Shown here: positions 1 through 12,436 of the stretch, one piece after another
How positions within the stretch are numbered: the stretch's first letter is position 1
Layout: every line of letters begins with the position of its first letter
Source of the DNA: Hypanus sabinus
Taxonomy: Eukaryota
Direction of reading: 5' to 3'
Assembly: GCF_030144855.1 (NCBI RefSeq)
Contig: NC_082712.1
Location: 80,724,001 to 80,788,000, forward strand
Length of the DNA: 64,000 nucleotides
Program-made: the position numbers and the translations under genes
The notes under the pieces: model-generated
The model's database searches: none
What the model was told of the DNA's origin: nothing
What the model saw: the letters and a program-made list of their open reading frames with translations, nothing else

Positions 1-435
1 TGAGGTAGTGTTCATGGGTTCAATGTCCATTCAGAAATCAGATGGCAAAGGGGAAGAAACTGTTCCTGGATTGTTCAGTGTATGTCATCTGGCTTCTGCA
101 CCTCCTTGCTGATGGTAACAGTGAGAAGAAGGTATGTCCTGTGTGATGGGGGTCCTTAATGATGGATGCCACCTTTTTGAGGCACCACTCTTTGAAGGTG
201 ATCTGGATACAATGGAGGCTAACGCTCTTGATGGAGCTGGCTAATCTTACAATACCCTACAGCTTATTTCGATCTTGTGCAGTAGACCACACCCCATGCA
301 AGACAATGATGCAGCCAGTTAGAATGCTCTCCATGGTACATCTGTAGAAATTTGCAAGAGTCTTTAGTGACATTCCAAATCTTCTCAAACTCCTAATGAA
401 ATATAGCCATTGTTGTGCCTTCTTTATAACTGCAT
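1..435 (-). mobile_element. Rex1/Babar-like LINE 3' fragment (continues at 7092-7180 after the LTR insertion)
   Basis: KKAQQWLYFIRSLRRFGMS...FYRCTMESILTGCI (DUF1891-type C-terminus). The joined flanks match an uninterrupted copy at ~56660-56750. Confidence 0.8.
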
Positions 436-1132
436 TGTCAAGTCGGAGTTCTTGTTCTTTTTTGAACATGTGCAGCTTCCCCACTTGAAAGGGATTGAAT
501 GCACCTACCCGAAGGTTTTAACCGGATTCCACTCAATAACCAAACAACTTATCCTTTTTCTCCCCCTTTTATTTTCCGCGTGTGGCAGTTTGATAGTTCC
601 ATTAGTTATTAGTCAATAGTCATAAGTCATAAATAATCAGTCATAAGGTTAAGTTGTCATTAGGCATAAGGTTAAGGTGAAAAGCTGGCAGCCTCTCGGA
701 CTTTGTAGACGAATTCGAACCTGCACCTCCGTTTCTCTAATGGCCTCCGACCGTTATGGTTTCAAACCGGGCAAACTCTCTCGAAGATTCACTAGCTCTT
801 CCTAAGACTCGCGCCGTTTGCAAGAAGTGCCTGCGCGCGATGATCCCTGTGACGAAGCTAGCACTAACCCAAATGCTGTGACAGCAGTGCTCTTTTCCAT
901 GAAACAGTCTCTCAAGTTATTTGAAGTTCGGCATCTTACCGCAGATTCCAATGCTGCTTCCGGAATGCTGCTGTGACGCTGCGCCCGGACTGCCCAAATG
1001 TTCCGGGCAGAAGCAGCACTCAGGCAGTAGGTTCCGTCCGGTCTATCTGTGAATTCTTGCTCTTACTTTTAAATTTTATTATCTTTTGCCTCTAGGTTCC
1101 AATACTTTCAGAAACTCAAGTTTGACTTGACG
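436..1132 (-). repeat. 3' LTR of BEL/Pao element
   Basis: Near-identical to 6421-7086; one terminal base differs (ttgacg versus ttgaca). Confidence 0.93.
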
Positions 1133-4100
1133 CCTTCCACTCGATCTTTCCATGGAAACACTGGGGAGATCTCCAGCTTCAAACTTGGTGTTCTTATGAT
1201 ATATTGTTGACTTTTACTTGCTTTTGCCTCCCTGCAGAGCATGCAGCCATCGACAACCTTTTGGGCAATTTTCCTTCCCCTTATGACCCATGCCTTTCTT
1301 CTCATCTTGAGCAAGGTTCCAGCCACTCCGTCAAGACTCTCACTGTGGGTCTCCCGAATAAACAGTGTGGACACCCAGGCATCATAGGGCAAGATGGGGA
1401 CACCAACTTGATCTTCTTTGAAGATTTGCACTTGGCCCTCTGCAAACCAACAGCCAAGTGTCTTGGTCTTTGTAGACTACCAGCCTGTCTGTAGTGGTGC
1501 TTGGGAAGGTTGCGCCCTCTTGTGCTGCTAGAAAAATGTCTCTTAGAGCATCATCTCGTTCCCTTACTGAGATGACTCCTGCCAAAGAAACTGCCTCCCA
1601 CTTTGGACTGTCCATGGCTTGATTTCATCTAATGAACTTTTTTGCTGCTCTCCAGAACCATGCAACTGTTTTGACTAGTTGAGTTAGAACACTGAAGCGC
1701 TTGATGTCCACAAGACTTCGGATGGCTGACGCTGCAGGCGGTCCCCGAGGTTCTGTTTTGACCTGGTTCTGCTTTTGTGCTGGTTCTTGTTTCTTTGCCT
1801 TGGCCATTGTCAAAGCAGCAACAAATGCCTTCTTTTGCAACTTGTTGATGCCTTCCCTGGCAGTGGCTGCTGGTTCTTTGGCTGATTTCATCATCCACTC
1901 ACTCACTGGCAAACTCAAAAACTTTGGCCCATTTTGCCACTCTGTGTCTTCATCCAGGTCCTGAGGGCCGGCTCCTCTGGTGATTACATCAGCAATATTT
2001 TGTGGACCAGGAATCCACAGCCAGTCCTGGATCCCTGTGCTGTTTTGAATCTCTCCGATCCTACTTGCAAAGAATGTTTGATAGCCATAGCTTTCATGCT
2101 GTATTACACCAAGGACAGTTTGGCCATCAACGAAATGGTACCACCTCCCAACTTGGATTCGGCTATGCAGCTCAAAGTACTTTCTCAGGCGTGAGGCAAA
2201 CACTGCTCCACACATCTCTGCTTTGACAGCCTCACCTTTGTGATCCAAGGGAGTTAATTTGGCTTTAGACTTCACCAGCCTGGCGATTGAGCCCTGGTCC
2301 GAGTTCCACCTTAGGTACATCACTGCTCCATAGGCATGCTCGCTTCCATCAGAGAACGTGATTGCCCAGGGTTCCTCAGTGAAGCTTGGGGGAGTCAGTG
2401 CCCTGATGAACTTTACCTTGCCAAGTTGAACTTACTCCTTGGAGAGCTTAATTGCATCCTCCCTGAGGCCATCTGAGAGTGCTATGTCCCATGTGTCTTT
2501 CACTGGACATCTTTTGCCCTGTGCCTCTTGGAACGCCCTTCGAACCAGAATAGCTCCCTTCTGCTTAGCAGGAGTTACCAGGCCAACTGGGTCATATTGC
2601 CCTGATAGTTGGCTGAGCAGTTCTCTTCATGTCAGGGGGTTTGTTGTCTGGTCTCTGATCTGTTCTTGTAGAAGGTCTTGGCCAAGTCTAATTTTTTTCT
2701 TTCTCTTCGAGAAATTGATTGCAATCATGACATGGAGCTTGTCCTCTTCTACTATGAAGCCCAGACCAAATGCCTTGTTGTCATCATTGCACATTTGGTT
2801 TGGCAAAACCATGGTTTCTGCCTTGGACTTCTCCAGCTTGTCAATGCACTCTTTCCTCCCACTTTGCCCAGAAAAAGGCTTGAGCTCGAAACCTTCGGCC
2901 TTCAGGATCTGCTCCACATTTGCTGTGATGGATTTCAGCTGGTCAAGGTTGTTGTGGGATGTGAAAATGTCATCAACGTAGCTGTTGTGTTGGAGCACCT
3001 GCTGCTCCTCTTTGAGGTGGGTGAAAGGTGGGAGGTTAGCAGTTTCGCGCATTGCTAGCTGCGCATAACTAGCATAATTGCTAGTTTATCTCCGATGTTT
3101 ATCTCCGATCTGCACATTCCCCCAGCTCCTTGTCCTTGGAGTGTCGCCAGAGGAATCTACACAGGCGCACTTCTTGGTCTTCCAACCAAACCGAATTGTA
3201 CATCTTTTTTATGTCACCCAGAGCAGCATACACTCCACCCCTAAATCCGAGTAGGACAAATCAAATTTGGTTGAGGACATCTGGACCTTTCACTAGCAGG
3301 TCGTTCAAGCTCACGCCTCTGGACTTTTGGCTGCTGTTCCACACGAATCTCACTAGGGTCATGACAGAGTGCGGGTTTGGAGCAATAAGGTGACTCACAT
3401 ACCAGACTGGCCCGTTCCAGTTGATGACCATGTCTTTGCCCCTTGATCGACCATGTCATGCACTTGAGCAATGTAGGCAGCTTTCCACTCGGGTTCTTTG
3501 GCTAGTTGCTTTTCTGTCCTGAGAAATGTGGTCGAGGCTACATTATTGTTTGGCGTCGAAGCTGGATCTTCTAATCAAGGATATCTAGCATGCCAATGTG
3601 GTTCCTTGCTGTGGTGGTCACCTGCAACATAGGTGAGGCCTCATCTTACAACTTCAAGATCCCTCTCTTCAGCAAGAGTCATTCCTTTGCTGCCTGGCTA
3701 GCAGTTTCTGCAGCGGCAACCCCCACATTTTGGCTCGTGTGCTGCACCAATACTATCCCACTTCCACCACTCTAGGAAGTCCTGGTTGGTGGTTGAAGTA
3801 CCTGACTCCTGGAGCTTGATGCCATCCTGTCTGTTTGGTGGAATTTGCTCTGGGACTCTGCCGGTGAGCTCCTTGTACTTTACAGCAGCTGCTCTCATTG
3901 ACCTTGCAAAATGTGCCTTGGACATGTGGGGCGAAACAGACAGCTCCTCAAAGAGATCAGGATGTGTTCCTCCGACTGTCTTCCCCAGTGGTCCGTCCAC
4001 AGCATGAGGTCTCCAACAGCTCTGATTCTCTGAGGTGCTAGCTGACCTTCTCTATGGCTTATGAGTAAATCTATTTCTCTGGGTCTCACAAGTTCATCAA

Positions 4101-6420
4101 GCGGTATGTCTGGGAAGAATTTCTGTAGTTGCTTCGGTGTCACGTATTTGTGGACATTTGCAATGCTGTCTAGTCCATAACAAACCAGTTGGTGTGATTT
4201 GAGAGTACCCCTGGGAGTGTTTACTCTGATTTTTAGAAGATACCACTTTGTCTCCACCTGAACCTTCATCCCCCTAACTCCAGGAATGACGAGAGTGATT
4301 TCCTCACTTCTGAGGTTCAGTCTGCTTCAGCCTTGTGGGTTATATAATTGGTGTCTGAAGCCATTCAATCAACGTCCCGTTTTTTTGTCCCGCATTAGCT
4401 GTGACCTCGAGAAGCATCATAATCACTGGCAGCTCTTGCAATCCACTTTCCACCAGAAGGCCTGGTTTATCTTTCACAGCGCTGAAGGTTCTGTATGCAG
4501 TGTTTGAAAATACATCACGACATTGTTTGGCCAATTCCGGTGGAAGTTTGCTGAAGAACTCCTTTTGATCCTCTGTATATTTCTTCCTGCCTTTATCTTC
4601 CTCTGGACCGAATCTGCTCTTTTTCTGACCTGCGCTGCTGTTCTTTATTTCAGCATTGGGGCACAGATAGTAATGATGCTCAGGAGCATGCTCATCCCTG
4701 CAGTCTTGGTTTTTACACAGATAGGCCGGTTTGCAAAATGAACTGTCATCATGAACCTTGAGACACCTCTTGCATGCCCCCAACTTTCTTACTGCAGCCT
4801 TTTTCTCTGGTAGCTTTAGCGCTCGAAACTGTTTGCAAAAGTAGTGCTTTCCATTACCACAGACTACACATCCTGCGTGGTCATTGCCTGACTTGGTAGA
4901 CTTGGTTCTGGCATGCTTTGGCTCAGCCCTGGTTTCTCTTCTACTCGGCTCTTCATCCCTCAATTGCTCGAGCTCATATATGCTCTCTTGCTCTTTCAGG
5001 AATTCTAAGAGACTGTCAAACTGATTATCTGGTGCCACAGTATGTCTCCTGTCAGTGACATAGACCAGCCATTCTTTTTTGAGAGTTTCTGGAAGTTTAT
5101 TTTCAATTGATCTTGTCACCAGTGGATTTCTGGTAGCACCTGTGTCTCCAAGGTCACTCAAGTCTCGAACTGCCTTCTCCACAGTTTGAATTAATTCCAC
5201 TATTTTCTGTGGCTGATGATTTCTGACAGCTGGCATTTTCTGTAACTCTTCCACTGTTTCAATAGCAATGCATTTTCTATTTCCATAGCGGTTTTCTAGA
5301 ACACGGAAGATGTCATCTGAAGTGTTATAAGTAGTGAGGCGAAGGTCTCTCCTGATTTTGTCATCAAGACTGTCCAGTAGTTCAACCTTTTTCACCTCTC
5401 TTGAGCTGGTCAGCTCTCCCTGCCTCTGGAGTGCTTCCCAGTCCTTTCTCCACCTGTGAAAATCATGTTTGCTGCCAGTAAGGCCGTTAGTTTCAATCTG
5501 ATGGGTGACGTGGGAAAATTAGAGGAAAAGCTCAACGCCGTCAGTGTTAGTCTTTCAGCATCCTCCTTGCCTGTATGAAGTGGGCCTTCTTGGAAACCAA
5601 CTTGGGGATGTGGAGTTCAAGCCCCTTTAGGCGACTCTGAAGGTCTTTCTGATCCCCTGGCAGGATCCATTGTTTCCACCGACCATGCACCTCCTTCGCT
5701 GTCTTTACCAGTTCTTGCAGGTGGTTAAGCATGAAGTCATACGCCTCCTGGTTGCCATCGGGTTGTATAGTAGCGACGTTTTTACATTCATCCTCTTCTG
5801 CTTGTAGTGCTGTGAACAATTCAACATTTCCAAAGTTGATCCAAAGAGTCTCCTGGATTAGGCTTCTGACCTCCTTTAGCTTTAACTCACACTTGCTTGC
5901 CGTCTTTGCCAGGTCGGCTTTTTGCTGTTCAGTTAACACAGCTACTTTCTCTGTGTTCAGCTCCACCTCCCGTTCTGCAATGAATCCGGCCTCCACATCA
6001 TCATTGGCTTCCATCATTCTCTTGGTTTCTATTGTGAGTTTATTGAAACTGACTCTGAGCTCCTCTTCAGACATGTCTTTGTAAGTCCTGGTAATACTAT
6101 TGGCCAGACAAGAAAATAATCTTTTTGCTGTCGTTCACCTAACCTTGAGTTGCTCAACTGATTTCCCAATAGCTTGATCAGCCATGTTCGATTTCCTCTG
6201 CAGACTGTTCACAGGTGAAAGAGTAAGTACAACTTTTTAATGATGCTTTGATGCTGTTTTATCTGAACTTGATTTTCTTCCTTCTTCAGGATTCCAGGTT
6301 ATTGCTTTTTCTGTTCCAGCTCAAAGCTCCCAGATTTCTGTTTCCTTGTCCTCCAGTTTCCCAGCCAAATAGTTTTTTTCCACTTTCAAGCAGTATTTTC
6401 ACTGTCAACCAGTTTTTCAC

Positions 6421-7086
6421 TGTCAAGTCAGAGTTCTTGTTCTTTTTTGAACATGCGCAGCTTCCCCACTTGAAAGGGATTGAATGCGCCTACCCGAAGG
6501 TTTTAACTCAATAACCAAACAACTTATCCTTTCTTCCCCCTTTTATTTTCTGCAAGTGCGGCAGTTTGATAGTTCCATTAGTTATTAGTCAATAGTCATA
6601 AGTCATAAATAATCAGTCATAAGGTTAAGGTGAAAAGCTGGCAGCCTCTCGGACTTTGTAGACGAATTCAAACCTGCACCTCCGTTTCTCTAATGGCCTC
6701 CGACCGTTATGGTTTCAAACCGGGCAAACTCTCTCGAAGATTCACTAGCTCTTCCTAAGACTCGCGCCGTTTGCAAGAAGTGCCTGCGTGCGATGATCCC
6801 TGTGACGAAGCTAGCACTAACCCAAACGCTGTGACAGCAGTGCTCTTTTCCATGAAATAGACTCTCAAGTTATTTGAAGTTCGGCATCTTACCGCAGATT
6901 CCAATGCTGCTCCCGGAATGCTGCTGTGACGCTGCGCCCGGACTGTCCAAATGTTCCGGGCAAAAGCAGCACTCAGGCAGTAGGTTCCGTCCGGTCTACC
7001 TGTGAATTCTTGCTCTTACTTTTAAATTTTATTATCTTTTGCCTCTAGGTCCCAATACTTTCAGAAACTCAAGTTTGGACTTGACA
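6421..7086 (-). repeat. 5' LTR of BEL/Pao element
   Basis: Near-identical to 436-1132; lies upstream of the gag ATG at ~6185. Confidence 0.93.
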
Positions 7087-7519
7087 TGCATCGATATGTT
7101 GGTTTCAGGATAGATCCTCAGAGATATTGACACCCAAAAACTTGAACTTGCTCACTCTTTCCACTTTGTCTCTCTACGAGGACTGCGTGGTATTAGACAT
7201 ATTAACCCTGGGAAAAAGATACTGGGTAGTTTATTGATTCCTCCATAACCTTATAAATTAACATCAGGTTTCCTGAGATGCAATGGCTGGGAAAGCAGTT
7301 CTGCATAGCTTTGTAGAGAGCAAAGGGCAAGGCACAGAACACATCGTGGTCATCCACTGCAACCAGGGAAAACCCCAGTATGTGATGCTTCTTCCTACCA
7401 CTGGACATGAATTTCTGAGGTCAAGAGAGTGGAACTGCCCCAGTGCAATGGCTTTTCCACTTTAAATATTTTCCCGCACAGGTTTCTTGTCATTGTCGGA
7501 CTCTATGGAAAAAAATCAA

Positions 7520-7870
7520 ATCAGGTCTCCTCTCAGTACCTGATGTTCTAGTCAGTTTGTCCAATCTCTCCTTATAACCACCTCTGTTTTGAACCCAAGT
7601 AGCATTCTGGTGAACATCTTCTGCACCCTCTCCAAAGCCTCCTCATTCTTCCTGTAATGAGGTGAGCAGAACTGCAAGTGCAGATGAACCAAAATTTTAT
7701 ACAACTGCAACATGACTTCTGGACACTTCTGCCCTGACCAATGAAGGCAAGCAAGCCATATACATTCTTAACCACCCCATCCATTTGTGTGACCACTTTT
7801 AGAGAACTATGAACTTGGATTTCAAGATCCTTCTGTACCTTAGATGGACTTGGACCTCAAGGTACATTCT
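7520..7870 (-). mobile_element. CR1 LINE fragment
   Basis: Decayed 3' RT region similar to the other CR1 copies (VVKNVYGLLAFI). Confidence 0.6.
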
Positions 7871-8023
7871 TGTTGCACCTGTATACTATGCTGCTCTTGC
7901 ACTCTCAGACTTAGTTTCTCTCGGCCTGTGCCCTGTCTTGCAATCTTTCAGTTCTTCTCTGTCTTTGCCACAGTCTCTCTGCTCCCTCCATTACCCTCCC
8001 GTCCCCACCATCTGAGCACATAC

Positions 8024-8133
8024 CTGGGTAGGGCTTTCCCGCAGCTGGCTGCACTGTCGCTGGAGTTGAGCCAGAGAGTGTTGCACTCCTGACGTGGAAG
8101 CAGAGCGGCCAAGTCGCTGGTTGAGAGCGGAGT
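8024..8133 (-). CDS. nyap1: NYAP1 coding exon 5 (110 nt); following terminal exon not found in window
   Basis: DSALNQRLGRSASTSGVQHSLAQLQRQCSQLRESPTQ contains the conserved LGRSASTSGV motif. Acceptor ctcttcccctccag|, donor CAG|gtatgt, phase 1 in, phase 0 out. Confidence 0.9.
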
Positions 8134-8639
8134 CTGGAGGGGAAGAGGGAGGAGAACGGATTACTGGAGATTTCGACACTGAGAACTTTGTAGATTTCTG
8201 GGTAAATGAACAACAGTTCTTCCTAGCTTCAGATTGCAGGGAAATGGAATGTGCCATGACAATAGTATCAGGGCCAAGAGTGGACAATCTGTTCATCTGG
8301 TCTGAGGCCATGGCCCTATCATAGACGTGAAGCCCTTCAGCCCATCAGATCTCAGCCAACCATTAAGTCAATATTGTTTCCTTGATCATGGCTCATCACA
8401 GCAACAATTTGCATTTAGATTAGATTAATTTATTGTGTGTACATTGAAACTTTCAGTGAAATGTGTTGTTTGTGTTACCAATCAACACAACCTAAGAACA
8501 TGCTGCGGGCAGCCAACAAGTGTCACTGCACACATTCCGGCGCCAACATAACATGCCCACAATACTCAGCAGAACAAACTGCAGCCAACATACAACAAAC
8601 AAAAATGAAACAAAGCATTGTGTAGATGCCTCAGGTGAC

Positions 8640-9235
8640 ATCAAACCACATGAAATAGGGTGGTTCCGTAAGGTTTTTATAGCTAGGGATGGTAGTGTGG
8701 ATAAGCTTCCATTATCTACTAAATGTTCCCAATGGTGTGTGTCTCAAATAGCCTCAGACAACCATGTCCAGGTCCTGGCCTTCACGTGAGGTTATGCTAC
8801 TAAGCCCGGCAGAATCGTTTCCACTGACAGAAGACGGGGCAAAGGTGGGTTACGTGCCTTAAAACCAGTTTCTTCGGGCAGATGGGACTCGTCAGCTGTG
8901 GTTGGCAGCTTATCTAGAAAAAGGAAAACTCTGATCTCAAACTCCCACTGCTTTGCAGCTATATCATGGGGAAGGCTTCGGGAGTAAATCTAGAGGGAAA
9001 AGTCCCGAGCTGGAGTCCCTAAGGCAGTCCTATGTGGATTTCAACACTGATTGGTAACTCCTGCAACCCTGCTGATGCCAAACTGTATCGATTTCTGCTA
9101 TTCCTTTGGATTCATCAGCTGTGTGGAGAGACGGAACTTGTTGCATGGGCAACAGCTTGCTCTCTGTATCGTACTGCCTTGACTTGCGTACAACATAGAC
9201 AGCTAGGACGCCATATTCATGGCTGACCACAACCA
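8640..9235. repeat. Unclassified interspersed repeat (RTE-related/SINE-like)
   Basis: Self-contained non-coding block resembling ray interspersed repeats as recalled; no ORF; class uncertain. Confidence 0.3.
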
Positions 9236-9879
9236 GTGGAGGGGCTCTCAATGGCACAGATGCTGTTTCAAAGCCTCAGAGACTATAGTTCAAATCTGAC
9301 TTCTGATCATGTATGTATGTAGGTTGCATATGACCTCACTGGATTAAGATGTCTGGGATCCACAGTGATTTAGCAGCTTGCATGCAAAATTAGCTTTCTC
9401 ATAGAAGACAGAGGGCTCTGGTGCAAGGTGTTATTCTGGCTGGAGGCTCAGGTCCAGTGGTGCTCTGTGCTGGGACCCCTGTGATATGAAAATGTAGTGA
9501 GATTGTGGGTGCCACAAAGACTGGTGCAGTTGTGGACAGTGTAGGAACATAGCAGAATACAGATGAGTTTCAGACAAGGGTGAAGTAATGACAAACCAAG
9601 CAAGTGTGAAGAGTTGCACTGTGGGAGGTCAAATTTAAAGGGAGAAATTATGATGTTGAGTCCAGAGGTGAGGGATGGCTTGGGGGTTCAGCTTGCTCAC
9701 TGCTCTGCGAAGCTTACTCATCTCTGCACTGAGCTGAGGCTGTGGCCTGCAACTAATGGGCTCCTGGATCAGCTGCAATGGTGAATGGCTTCAAAACTGT
9801 GAAATCATTTTCACAAACTTCAGTTCTGAATGTTACTTGCTTTCTTTTATTGCTTACGCGATTTGTTCTTTTCTGCACC

Positions 9880-10550
9880 AAGTTCCTGGGAGTTCACATT
9901 TCATCTGGTCCCTCACTATCAGCTTCCTGAATAAGAAGGCACAACAGCACCTCCACTTCCTAAGGAGATTGAGGCAAGTGAGGCTACCCACCACCTGTCA
10001 TCTTAACTGAATTTTACAGGAATACATTGAGATCGTCCTGACAAGCTTTATCTCCATGTAGTATGGGAGCAGCAGAGCATCAGGCCCGAAGCCCCTACAA
10101 AGGACTGTGAGAATGGCCAAAAAGATCATAGGACTCTCCCTACCATCCATCAGGGACATCTATCAGGAGTGCTGCACACACAAGGTTCCTTAGTATTATC
10201 AAGGATTCCACCCACCCATCTTTGACATTTCACCATCAGGCAGGACACTCTGATGCATAAAAACAAGAGCGGTCAGGCTGAGCTTCTTCTCTCAGACCAT
10301 TAGGCTTCTGAACTCCCTGCCTCATCGCACCTGAGTGTCACCAGATAACTTGTACTGTACTCTACATTATTTAATTTAAGCACTTTACTTTATCTACATG
10401 TAATTCATCTGTACATTTAATTCTTACTTTCCTAAGTTATTATGAGTTATGTATACTACAGAGCTTACTACAGCACTACACCTTGGTCCAGAGAAATATT
10501 GCTCGTTTGGTGGTACACACATATACGGTTAAATGACAATTGACTTGACA
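9880..10550 (+). mobile_element. Rex1/Babar-like LINE 3' fragment
   Basis: KKAQQHLHFLRRLRQV and tail ending in (cttga)n-like repeats. Confidence 0.7.
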
Positions 10551-10779
10551 TCGGCTGTTTGACGGTCTTTACTTTCTTAAATGGTTCTATTTAGTTTCTT
10601 TGTTTTGTGGCTGCTTGTAAGGAGATGAAGCTCAAGGGTGGAAAAAGTACACATACTCTGATGATAAATGAACATTGAACTTTATGGTAGGGCGCTGATG
10701 CACAGAGGGATATCAGAATCAAGTCAATAGCGCCCTGACAAAGGTTTATAAAAATATGACCGAAAGAGATAGGGTAGAC

Positions 10780-10845
10780 CAGGGGGGTCCACGGACTCCT
10801 CACTTACTGGTATTAGTCCATGGCATAAAAGTTTGGGAACCCCTG
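10780..10845. mobile_element. Ultra-short hAT-type MITE
   Basis: CAGGGG...GGGAACCCCTG termini; 8-bp TSD gggtagac/aggtagac. Confidence 0.6.
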
Positions 10846-11452
10846 AGGTAGACAGTTCAAATCATTTTCCCTAGGTAGAAATGTCACTAGAGGATGTGCA
10901 TTTAAGGTGGGGGGGGGGAGGAAGTTCAAGGGAGACGTGTGGGGCAAGTTGTTTTTCTTTTGCACAGAATGGTAGGTGCTTGGAAAGTGCTGCTATTGTT
11001 GGTGGTGGAAGCAGATAGGATTGTGGTCCAGGGAATGGAGGGCTACGGATTAGGTACGGGCAGAAGAAATTTAGGTTAAATTGGCACTGTGTTTGGCATA
11101 GGTATTGCGGGCCAAAAGGTCCCCCCACGGTCCCCCCAGATGCTCCAGTTCCCTCTGACATCCCAACGATGGGTAAATTGCCCCCTAGTGTGTGGGTGAG
11201 GGGTAGAATCTGGGATTGTTTGATGGGAATGTGTTCAGAGTGGAATGGGTTTGGTGTAAATGGATGGATGAAAGGATCTGTATGTGGTTCTAAGAAGCTT
11301 GCAGTAACGACTGGTTGAGAGGTAGTGTCAGAGAGTAGACAAGATGCAGAGTGAACAGGGATGGGTGAATCAACTGCCCTCATTGTGACAGGAACCTTGA
11401 GCCAACTGGGGAATGGCCTCCCCTCCCCTAGGGGTGGACACTGAGGTATTAC

Positions 11453-11614
11453 CTGCACTCCACTGGCACACCAGTGGGCAGGGTTGGTGTACTCCTGGTC
11501 TTGAGGGAGCTCTGATGGCTGAGTCCTCTGGTCCCTGAGATTTCACCGGGACGGCCGAGGGCTTCTCTTCCTTGGCCAGGGATTCTTCAGCTCCACTCCG
11601 ACTTCGAGAGCCAC
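11453..11614 (-). CDS. nyap1: NYAP1 coding exon 4 (162 nt, not in ORF track)
   Basis: Acceptor ctgctttacccacag|, donor GCAG|gtaata, phase 1-1. Open frame GGSRSRSGAEESLAKEEKPSAVPVKSQGPEDS...PLVCQWSA resembles recalled NYAP1 SGIPVRSQG...PIPCQ. Confidence 0.85.
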
Positions 11615-11819
11615 CTGTGGGTAAAGCAGGAGGGAATGGAGTTTGACAGGTGTGATCTTAACACACTAACAATACCAATCACCAATGCCTGGAGTTGTTA
11701 CAACCACATCAGTAACAATAAAGACGTTGGGGCCGAGCTGGCACTGCTGCACCAATAACAACAATAATAAGGGCTGGTCTTACACCTCCACCGAGGGCCA
11801 ATCCTAACTAACAATGAAC

Positions 11820-12436
11820 TGAATTAACTTTATTTCTTACATCCTTCATATACATCAGGAGTAAAAATCTTTACGTTACGTCTCCATCTAAATGTGCAAT
11901 CATATTAATTTATAATAAATAGAACAGTCAATGTAATATAGAGTACACTCAGTGTGAGCTCATCAGTCTGGTGGCCTGGTGGAAGAAGCTGTCCCAGAGC
12001 CTGTTGGTCCTGGCTTTCATGCTGCGGTACCGCTTCCCGGATGGTAGCAGCTGGAATAGATTGTGGTTGGGGTGACTTGTGTCCCCAATGATCCTACGGG
12101 CCCTTTTTACACACCAGTCCTTGTAAATGTCCTGAATCATGGGAAGTTCACAACTACAGATGCGCTGGGCTGTCCGCACCACTCTCTGCAGAGTCCTGCG
12201 ATTGAGGGAGGTACAGTTCCCATACCGGGCAGTGATGTAGCCAGTCAGGATGCTCTCAATTGTGCCCCTGTAGAAAATTAATAGGATTTGGGGGCCCATA
12301 CCAAACTTCCTCAACCTTCTGAGGTGAAAAAGGAGCTGTTGTGCCTTTTTCACCAGACAGCTGATGGGCACAGTGAGGTCCTTGGTGATGTGAATGACGA
12401 GGAACTTGAAGCTGTTTACCTTCTCAACCCTAGATT
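11820..12436 (-). mobile_element. Rex1/Babar-like LINE 3' part (upstream part resumes at ~17766-18080)
   Basis: ORF 11949-12371 KKAQQLLFHLRRLRKFG...LLPSGKRYRS; interrupted by the CR1 at 12437. Confidence 0.8.

Larger units (their letters stand above)
436..7086 (-). mobile_element. BEL/Pao LTR retrotransposon, two LTRs, degenerate and integrase-deleted
   Basis: Direct repeats 436-1132 and 6421-7086 with TGTCAAGTC...GACTTGACA termini and 5-bp TSD TGCAT (431-435, 7087-7091). Gag Cys/His knuckles (4340-5395), RT YVDD (2627-3052), Pao RNase H-like motifs KAKLTP and NIADVITRG (1625-2323), integrase zinc finger CMLC, purine-rich tract next to the 3' LTR. Confidence 0.95.

Noticed and set aside
257-484. 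ALKBH8-like (DUF1891) peptide
   Set aside because: This is the C-terminus of a Rex/Babar LINE ORF, repeated many times in the window.
1108-6185. Domesticated BEL gag/pol gene
   Set aside because: Multiple frameshifts and stops with LTRs and TSD still present indicate ordinary decay.
10871-11458. 195-aa ORF adjoining nyap1 exon 4
   Set aside because: Antisense reading of CR1 tail and V-SINE remnants; the exon closes at a good donor at 11453.
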